Source of the DNA: Blastocatellia bacterium
Lineage (GTDB): Bacteria > Acidobacteriota > Blastocatellia > RBC074
Length of the DNA: 64,000 nt
Direction of reading: 5' to 3'
Assembly (NCBI GenBank): GCA_035331565.1
Contig: DAOLKO010000004.1
Coordinates: 239,802-303,801, forward strand
A program made the translations under genes and the position numbers. Within the stretch, counting starts at the first letter, position 1. Each line of letters begins with the position of its first letter. Below the pieces are notes generated by a model. The model was given only the letters and a program-made list of their open reading frames with translations, was not told the DNA's origin and made no database searches. This document shows positions 57,865-64,000 of this stretch, piece by piece.

Positions 57865-59817
57865 ATGCAAATTCTGGAAATTGTTCTTTACGGACGGCAA
57901 GGCCAAAAGCGCGTGCTGCCGCTCCAGGCCGGCAAGACCAACATCATCACGGGCGGTTCGGCAACGGGCAAATCCGCGCTGATTCAAATCGTTGATTACT
58001 GCCTGGGGCGCGGCGAATGCACCGTCCCCGAAGGCGTCATTCGCGAATCCGTCTCCTGGTTCGGGCTGCGTTTGCAGTTCGCGTCGGGACAGGTTTTCGT
58101 TGCGCGGCAAAATCCTCCCAAAGGCCGCACGACGACCAACCGCGCTTACTTTGAAGAAGGCACAATCGTTCCCAGCCCCGACGCGCCGCCCGCGCAGCCG
58201 AACACCGTTATCGAAGCTCTGGAAGATTTGCTGACCGACAAACTCGGCATTGCGCCGAACATGAACTTCCCCGCGCCCGGCCAAACACGTTCGCCGCTGG
58301 CGGCCAACATTCGCCACGCTTTGGTTTATTGTTTTCAACAGCAAAGCGAAATCGCCTCGAAAGACGTGCTTTTTCACGGCCAGTATGACGGCTGGGTCGC
58401 GCAAGCCATCAAAGACACCATCGCCTATTTCCTCGGTGCGATTCAGGAAGACCGTCTGGCGCTTGAACAGGAACTTGCCCGCGCACGCCGCGAACTCAAA
58501 CGCGCCGAACAATCCCTGCGCGAAGCCGAAGCCATCACCGGCGACGGCGTCAGCAAAGCCGGCAGCCTGTATCAGGAAGCCCGTCATGTCGGCCTGCTTC
58601 CGGATGAAACGATTCCCGAAAACCTGGAAGTCTTACGCACGAGATTGCAGGAAGTGCTGCGTTGGACGCCGGAGGCCGACAGCTTTCCCGGTTCGGAACG
58701 GCTGACGCAGTTTCAGGAAGAAGTCCGCACCTTGCAGATTCAGGCGCGCGAAAAAGCAGACGCCGCGAACGCCGCGCGCAGCTTCGCGCAGGAAGCCGAA
58801 GGTTACCTTGCCGAGGCCCGACAGCAGGAACTGCGACTGGAATCCATCGGCCTGTTCGACGCCGGCAAACAAAACGCCCACGCCTGCCCTGTTTGCACGC
58901 AGGAACTGGACGTGCCTGTTCCGACGGCGGAAGCCATGCGCCGTTCGCTGGAACAACTGAAAGCCAATCTGGAAAATACCGTCCGCGAACGCCCACGCTT
59001 GCGCCGGCACATCGAAAGTCTGGAAAAGGAACGCGAAGAAATCCGCCAACGCATTCGCGAAAAGAACGAAGACATACGCAGCCTGCTCGCGGAACAGCAA
59101 GCCGCCGCCCAATTGCGCGAACTGAACGTTCGCCGTGGCAGAGTGATTGGCCGCATCAGCCTGTGGCTGGAAAGCGTGGACACCGCCGACACCACTTCGC
59201 AACTGCGAGAAGACGTGCGCCAAAAACACGAACGCGTCGCCACACTGGAACAACAACTGGAAGACGGCGAGAAACAGGAGCGGCTGTTTTCCATCCTGAA
59301 CCGCATCGGCGTGCAGATGACCGATTGGGCGAACAATCTGGAATTGGAACACAGCCGCAATCCGGTGCGGCTGGATTTATCGAAGCTGACCGTGCTGGTG
59401 GATCGCGACGACCGCCCCATCCCGCTCAACCACATGGGCAGCGGCGCGAATTGGGTGGGCTTTCATTTGATTGCGCACTTGGCGTTGCACAGGCATTTCG
59501 TCCAACACGGACGGCCTGTTCCCGCGTTTCTGTTTCTCGATCAGCCTTCGCAGGTTTATTACCCGCCCGACAAAGACACGGAGTTGCAAGGTTCGCTGGC
59601 CGGCATCGGTGACGAAGATCAATTGGCCGTGTCGCGTATGTACAACCTAATTTTCGATGTGGTCGAAAACCTGTCGCCGAACTTTCAGGTGGTCGTCACG
59701 GATCACGCGGATTTGGCTGAGGCACGTTTTCAATCTGTGATTGCCGAACGCTGGCGCGGCGGTCAGGCGCTGGTTCCGCAGGACTGGATCAATGTCGCCG
59801 AACCGCCGGAAGCGTAG
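57865..59817 (+). CDS. lmuB: Lamassu/ABC-3C SMC-like ABC ATPase with coiled-coil and zinc hook (LmuB/DdmC-like)
   Basis: Walker A ITGGSATGKSALIQIVDYCL. Long coiled coil carrying CPVC (HACPVCTQ), a Rad50-like zinc hook. C-terminal FLFLDQPSQVYYP Walker B/D-loop, as in DUF3732. Confidence 0.6.
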   Translation: MQILEIVLYGRQGQKRVLPLQAGKTNIITGGSATGKSALIQIVDYCLGRGECTVPEGVIRESVSWFGLRLQFASGQVFVARQNPPKGRTTTNRAYFEEGTIVPSPDAPPAQPNTVIEALEDLLTDKLGIAPNMNFPAPGQTRSPLAANIRHALVYCFQQQSEIASKDVLFHGQYDGWVAQAIKDTIAYFLGAIQEDRLALEQELARARRELKRAEQSLREAEAITGDGVSKAGSLYQEARHVGLLPDETIPENLEVLRTRLQEVLRWTPEADSFPGSERLTQFQEEVRTLQIQAREKADAANAARSFAQEAEGYLAEARQQELRLESIGLFDAGKQNAHACPVCTQELDVPVPTAEAMRRSLEQLKANLENTVRERPRLRRHIESLEKEREEIRQRIREKNEDIRSLLAEQQAAAQLRELNVRRGRVIGRISLWLESVDTADTTSQLREDVRQKHERVATLEQQLEDGEKQERLFSILNRIGVQMTDWANNLELEHSRNPVRLDLSKLTVLVDRDDRPIPLNHMGSGANWVGFHLIAHLALHRHFVQHGRPVPAFLFLDQPSQVYYPPDKDTELQGSLAGIGDEDQLAVSRMYNLIFDVVENLSPNFQVVVTDHADLAEARFQSVIAERWRGGQALVPQDWINVAEPPEA

Positions 59818-59824
59818 CTAAGGT

Positions 59825-59974
59825 GAAGCCTGTGCAAATTGAAGTCTCACGCAAAGCCGCGAAGACGCAAAGACTGGAAGGGAAAAGGACTCACCTAAAC
59901 CTCTTTCTTCTTTTTCTCTTTGCGGCTTTGCGTGAACCTGTTGATTCCATTCAAGTTTAATTTGCACAGGCTTC
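59825..59974. repeat. nested palindromic element between convergent defence operons
   Basis: Outer inverted repeat GAAGCCTGTGCAAATTGAAGT / ACTTCAAGTTTAATTTGCACAGGCTTC and inner inverted repeat TCACGCAAAGCCGC / GCGGCTTTGCGTGA, separated by a CT-rich core. Confidence 0.5.
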
Positions 59975-59998
59975 AGTTATGGTGCTGAAGTTTCGGCT

Positions 59999-62173
59999 TT
60001 ACAGCACGATGTCTTCGAGGTCTTGCAGCGGATGATAGTCAAACATCTCAACCGGCAATATCGCTGCTTCGCCTGCCAAACGACGATTGGGACGACGGCG
60101 TCCGAGGTTCACTCTCATCAGGGGATCACATTCGCTTAAAGGTTTGGCATCGTCGCCGTAGGTGAATAGAAGCCCTGTCAGCCGCTCGATTTCGCCGATT
60201 TTGACTTGATAGTGCTGATAAGGGCCGAAAGGATCGGTCACGGCTTCGATTCCGAAGCGGGCAATCACTTCGTCCTGGCTGGCGATGTAAGCGGTCGCAA
60301 ACAAGTCGCCATTGGATTTCAGCGCGGCGACTACCTTCCAGTATTGCAACGGATACTGAATGCCTTTGTACACAGGATCGCCGGGATCAAGCACAGGGCC
60401 TGTAATCACCTGCGCGTCGAAGTTTCCTTCCAAAATGCTCGTCTCCAAAATGTACCTTTCGATGCCCTGCCAGATTTCTTTATTTTGATTGAACTTCTCG
60501 TGCTGCGGCGTGCAGTTGGTCCAATGACAGGTGTCTCCGGCGGATTGAAGCGCTTCTACCGGAGTCTTGCCGAATTCCAGGTCTTCGCGCCGCGTCAGAT
60601 GTCCCCGATCGAACTTGTTGTTCGTGTAATACCAATTTTGGATTTGGTATTCCCCCTTGATGCGCGGATCAACGCGCCATACATCGGCTGGGCGGCTCAT
60701 TTCGTAACGTTCGGCAAACCGCAGATTGGCGGCGCTGTAAATCGCGAACTTGCGTTTGGCGTGCATCACCACGCTGTAGTTGTTGTAATGCAGTAAGTAT
60801 TCGTCCGGCGCGGCGATCAGACTCACGGCTTCGGCTTCCAGCGCGTCCGTCAATGTCGGGAAGTTGACCTTCTTTGCGCCCGCTCCGAGGAACTCCGGGT
60901 TGTAGCCCTGGCGCTTGCTGTAATCCGAATCGAACGGCGCATCAAACCTGGGCGCACGAGCGGCGTCATTGCGTTCCAGCATGAACCCAGCCGACTCGCG
61001 CGCCGTCCGCGCCACCGAAGCGCCCACAGTGGAAACGACTCCAGCGGCGTCAAGATTGAGAGTGACTTCCACGGGAACTGTGATTGTTTGCGTGTTGCTC
61101 ATAACTTTGATCTCCGTTTTTACTGAGGGTTGAACTTTGTTGTTTCCGGCGCAAGCTCTGCGCGCTTCTCCAATGCGCGCGCCGGCCGGAGTCGCCGCAA
61201 ACAAGGGTTGCAGCAAAGGATGATCGGGAAGCGCCTGCTTCAACGTTTGCGCGATGCGGCTGGCGCGAATGCCTTCGTTGGCGATCCATTTAATGTCACG
61301 CTCGTCCATGGTGTCTGGATCGAAATCGCGCCCGTCCACAGTTTGAATAACGCCGTTGCGCCTTTCAGGCACGCCGCTGTGATGCAGCGCCACCACGTAC
61401 CAATCGTTGTCGAAAACCGGTGCCCCGGAAGAGCCTGGAAGCGTGTCGGTGGAGTACCAGAGCACATCATCTGCACGTTTGATCAGGCGGTTTTCGCGCA
61501 CACACAGTTGCTTTCGTTCACCTGAAGGATGCTGAACAATGGTCAGCCATTCGCCTTCCAATGCCTTGCCCGGCACGGCCAGCAAGGGCAAAACCCCATA
61601 CTCCGAAAGCAGGGTTTCGCCGTCGCGCGAACGCTCTTCGACGGCCACCACTGAAAAATCCAGTGCCGGAGAGGTGAAAAAAAGTCTTTGCGGTGCCAAC
61701 GCAAACCGAACCGGCCCGACGGGGTTGTCGTCCAAATCGGTTTCGTAATGAAACTGCGCTTCGGAAGCAATCGCGGCGGACGCATTGCCGAAGACATGGT
61801 TGTTGGTAATCAGCACGCCCGGCGCGATCAGAAACCCGGTTCCCCAACCCAGGTGCGCGCCGGACGGATTGCGAATCTCGATGCGGGCAACGGCTCTGAC
61901 GGCCACTTCGCCGCGCGCCAGATAGCTTGCGGGTTGCAATTCGTTCCCGTCCAGCAACCGTTCCAGCGTCTGATCGGCAAGCCGGCGATCTCCCAAAGCT
62001 TCCGTCAGGAAGAATTGCCGCGACCGCACCTGCTCGCCGGTAACAAATTCTTTCGGAAGCTTGTCTTTTCTTTCGGCAATCAGGTCATCAATTTCCAGAC
62101 CTGCCGCCCGCCGCATCGCTTTTCGGATTTGAGACTCGATGATGCTCATAAAACGGCCCACGGTATTAGACAA
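59999..62173 (-). CDS. fusion protein: trypsin-like serine protease domain + DNA/RNA non-specific (EndoG/Serratia-type) nuclease domain
   Basis: N-terminal half has chymotrypsin-fold motifs GWGTGFLIAPGVLITNNHVF (His) and TLPGSSGAPVF (GDSGGP-like Ser). C-terminal half has the NUC beta-beta-alpha-Me motif FDRGHLTRREDL and downstream Asn. 724 aa. Confidence 0.6.
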   Translation of the reverse strand: MSNTVGRFMSIIESQIRKAMRRAAGLEIDDLIAERKDKLPKEFVTGEQVRSRQFFLTEALGDRRLADQTLERLLDGNELQPASYLARGEVAVRAVARIEIRNPSGAHLGWGTGFLIAPGVLITNNHVFGNASAAIASEAQFHYETDLDDNPVGPVRFALAPQRLFFTSPALDFSVVAVEERSRDGETLLSEYGVLPLLAVPGKALEGEWLTIVQHPSGERKQLCVRENRLIKRADDVLWYSTDTLPGSSGAPVFDNDWYVVALHHSGVPERRNGVIQTVDGRDFDPDTMDERDIKWIANEGIRASRIAQTLKQALPDHPLLQPLFAATPAGARIGEARRACAGNNKVQPSVKTEIKVMSNTQTITVPVEVTLNLDAAGVVSTVGASVARTARESAGFMLERNDAARAPRFDAPFDSDYSKRQGYNPEFLGAGAKKVNFPTLTDALEAEAVSLIAAPDEYLLHYNNYSVVMHAKRKFAIYSAANLRFAERYEMSRPADVWRVDPRIKGEYQIQNWYYTNNKFDRGHLTRREDLEFGKTPVEALQSAGDTCHWTNCTPQHEKFNQNKEIWQGIERYILETSILEGNFDAQVITGPVLDPGDPVYKGIQYPLQYWKVVAALKSNGDLFATAYIASQDEVIARFGIEAVTDPFGPYQHYQVKIGEIERLTGLLFTYGDDAKPLSECDPLMRVNLGRRRPNRRLAGEAAILPVEMFDYHPLQDLEDIVL

Positions 62174-62179
62174 GATGAC

Positions 62180-62887
62180 TCAGCCTTTGCGGCTCTTGAC
62201 GGCTTTCTTGGCGCTTTTTTTCTTTGCAGGCGGAGTCGCGCCAAGAGGATTGCCGTTGTTGTCCGTCTTGAAGGTTTGCGATTGAAAGGCGAGGAAAAAC
62301 GCGCGCCATTTGTCGCCGGGGTATTGAATGAAAAGCGCGCCGTCCTGAAACGCGCCGTTGTCTTTCTTCCATTTCCCGGAATTCCCCTGGTTCATGTGGA
62401 TGTCGTGAATGCCGTTGCCCGGCTTGAACTTGAAGTATTTGTCGGCCTTGTTGTTTTCAGGCCCCCATTTTTCGCCGAAGGCATAAAGCATGGAGCCGGG
62501 TTCGGCCAAAGCTTTGATGATGGCGTCTTCGAGTTTGTCTTTGAGGTCATTGTCCGGGCCTTCGGATTCAGGCGGAACAGGTTTCATATTGGCGGGATTG
62601 ACCAACCCTCCGCGAACGTAATCCTGAGCTAGCCCGCCGGCTTTCGAGGCGAGCTTTTTATAACCGGCGTTCAGGGCGCTCAGCCCTGTTTTCAATTCGG
62701 CGGGAAGTGTCGTCGAGGTGGCATACAACAAATCGGACGGCGCGTTCTCGGCGGCGGACTTTACGTTCACCGCTATTCGGTACAACGTGTTGCCTGCTTT
62801 GATCAGAATTTGATAGTGGTCATCGTCGGCATTCCTCAAATGACCGATCACAGTTCCTTTGAGGACACCGTAGTTTTTGAGTGGCAT
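62180..62887 (-). CDS. YukJ-like (DUF2278) protein
   Basis: N-terminus MPLKNYGVLKGTVIGHLRNADDDHYQILIKAGNTLYRIAVNVKS...LLY resembles the DUF2278/YukJ pattern. Lys-rich C-terminal tail. 7 nt upstream of the protease-nuclease gene. Confidence 0.4.
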   Translation of the reverse strand: MPLKNYGVLKGTVIGHLRNADDDHYQILIKAGNTLYRIAVNVKSAAENAPSDLLYATSTTLPAELKTGLSALNAGYKKLASKAGGLAQDYVRGGLVNPANMKPVPPESEGPDNDLKDKLEDAIIKALAEPGSMLYAFGEKWGPENNKADKYFKFKPGNGIHDIHMNQGNSGKWKKDNGAFQDGALFIQYPGDKWRAFFLAFQSQTFKTDNNGNPLGATPPAKKKSAKKAVKSRKG

Positions 62888-63046
62888 GTTGAAATCCTCC
62901 TATGGCAATTAGCGCCTGACAGAGCGTGCTTGTTTGTGAATCTCGGCGGAGACAACTGAGCGAGAACAAAAAGAACGCCGGGAATATACTCAAACTTCCG
63001 GCAAAGACAATGAAAATCTTCGGATGCGCGCGGCCAAGCCCGAAAA

Positions 63047-64000
63047 TCATTCCGGCAATCGCAAACCGCGTCTTGCATCCTTGCGACGAACTCGAAGCAC
63101 GGCAATCTTGGTCGAATGATTGAACGGCGCTGGATCCGTCACGGCAGCCGCCACGCGCGTGTTTTCGTACCCGGTGAAGTCTTCGGCCACCGGGATCAAC
63201 TCCTCAATCGTCAGATAGCCGTCCGCGCAAACGTCTTCCAGCAAACGCAAATACTCCGCGCCGCCGACAAAGAGCGCATTGTTGACCGCCACCAGCCTGC
63301 CGCCATCGGCCACCAGCGGGCGGACTTTGTTAATCAACCGCACGTAATTCTTTTCGGCATCCACCAAGCCTTTGCCGGTGGCGGCGAAAAATGGCGGATC
63401 AAGCAACACGCAATCGAACAACTCTCCGGCGCGAATCATACGGCTGACCAACGGCCAGAAATCCCCGGCTTGAAAGTCCTGTTTGCGAATGGGAAAGCCG
63501 TTCAATGTGTAAGAAGTTTTCGCCACGTTCAGAAACGTGCGGTTCAAATCCAGATGCACGACTTGTGAAGCGCCTGCCGCCGTTGCCGCCACGCCCAGGC
63601 TGCCGGTGTAAGCAAAGGTATTGAGCACGCGCTTGCCGCTGAGGTTTTGCAAAATCCAGCCGCGTAAGCTTCGAGTGTCTAGGTAAAGGCTGGCATCGCG
63701 GTTCAGCAGCAATTCGACCGCGTACCAGACGCCGTGTTCGCGGATTTTGCGTGCATGGGCGTCGCCAGCCAGCAAAACGCCGTTGCGCGCACCGGCATCG
63801 GCGGCATGATGCGATTTCAAAAGCACCGCATTCAGCCACGACAATCGGGTTTGATAAAACGCCTGCGCGGCTATGACGGCGGCGCGGCGTTGTTCAGGCG
63901 TTTCGGCGTAATCGTGCAGCACCAGCGTTTGCGCATAAAGGTCAACCGCCAGCGTCGGCCAGCCTTCGGCAAAACCGTTGAACAATCGAAATGCCGCTTC
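63047..64000 (-). CDS. class I SAM-dependent rRNA methyltransferase (RlmI/RlmK-like), partial, runs off window end
   Basis: VLNTFAYTGSLGVAA (SAM motif I) and LLDPPFF (motif IV). The ORF is open to position 64000. Confidence 0.6.
   Translation of the reverse strand, partial: EAAFRLFNGFAEGWPTLAVDLYAQTLVLHDYAETPEQRRAAVIAAQAFYQTRLSWLNAVLLKSHHAADAGARNGVLLAGDAHARKIREHGVWYAVELLLNRDASLYLDTRSLRGWILQNLSGKRVLNTFAYTGSLGVAATAAGASQVVHLDLNRTFLNVAKTSYTLNGFPIRKQDFQAGDFWPLVSRMIRAGELFDCVLLDPPFFAATGKGLVDAEKNYVRLINKVRPLVADGGRLVAVNNALFVGGAEYLRLLEDVCADGYLTIEELIPVAEDFTGYENTRVAAAVTDPAPFNHSTKIAVLRVRRKDARRGLRLPE

Noticed and set aside
58633-59612. Overlapping ORFs (239 aa on the minus strand, 316 aa on the plus strand in an alternative frame) within lmuB
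   Set aside because: Alternative-frame or antisense ORFs inside a CDS that has clear Walker A/B motifs; their composition is Arg/Pro-rich.
60206-62632. Plus-strand ORFs (196 and 314 aa) opposite the protease-nuclease and YukJ-like genes
   Set aside because: Antisense to CDSs supported by catalytic motifs; no features of their own.

Overview
The window is high-GC (about 60%) bacterial chromosomal DNA, most plausibly from an Acidobacteriota genome of the Solibacter/Bryobacter type. This placement is an inference from six paralogous ADOP-type MacB/FtsX permeases and a large secreted BNR-repeat protein with a Soli_cterm-like tail. No rRNA, tRNA or CRISPR array was recognised.

Gene content, start to end:
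- 1-2.6 kb: a partial D12-class N6-adenine DNA methyltransferase, 6-phosphofructokinase and a Crp/Fnr regulator.
- 2.9-14.7 kb: a fatty-acid beta-oxidation operon under a TetR (FadR-like) regulator. It carries an acyl-CoA synthetase, an FNR-like oxidoreductase, FadN-like 3-hydroxyacyl-CoA dehydrogenase/enoyl-CoA hydratase, thiolase and a large acyl-CoA dehydrogenase. Four nuclease-fold genes are interleaved in it: one Rpn-like, one low-GC Mrr-like restriction endonuclease and two Uma2.
- 14.8-15.6 kb: a DUF5678 / retropepsin-like protease pair inserted at the operon's 3' end.
- 16-22.7 kb: the BNR-repeat secreted protein, PhzF, an NTF2-like lipoprotein and a MocR regulator.
- 23-30.6 kb: three tandem ADOP permeases.
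- 30.9-36.6 kb: a substrate-exosortase operon (VIT-vWA protein with a C-terminal sorting signal, mini-exosortase, EpsI-like membrane protein, flotillin).
- 36.9-45.3 kb: three more ADOP permeases, interrupted by an HNH endonuclease and its overlapping partner gene.
- 45.4-49.1 kb: a Tat-amidohydrolase + Kelch operon and a Gfo/Idh/MocA oxidoreductase.
- 49.3-51.2 kb: atpD-atpC.
- 51.9-55.7 kb: small secreted proteins, a polysaccharide deacetylase, an inositol monophosphatase and a deoxyhypusine-synthase-like protein.
- 55.8-62.9 kb: a defence island. It holds a Lamassu/ABC-3C-type three-gene system (Cap4-like nuclease effector, small middle component, SMC-like ABC ATPase with zinc hook). Facing it is a convergent two-gene module: a YukJ(DUF2278)-like protein plus a trypsin-like protease fused to an EndoG-like nuclease. 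That pair is a candidate undescribed system.
- 63-64 kb: a partial RlmI-like methyltransferase.

Non-coding structure:
- A family of MITE-like palindromic elements built on CACGAAG motifs, with three copies.
- A composite palindrome carrying GATTGACAGGAT repeats.
- Relic copies of the acyl-CoA dehydrogenase 3' end.
- A relic 5' fragment of an ADOP permease gene.
- An 8-bp microsatellite.
- Several large hairpin terminators.
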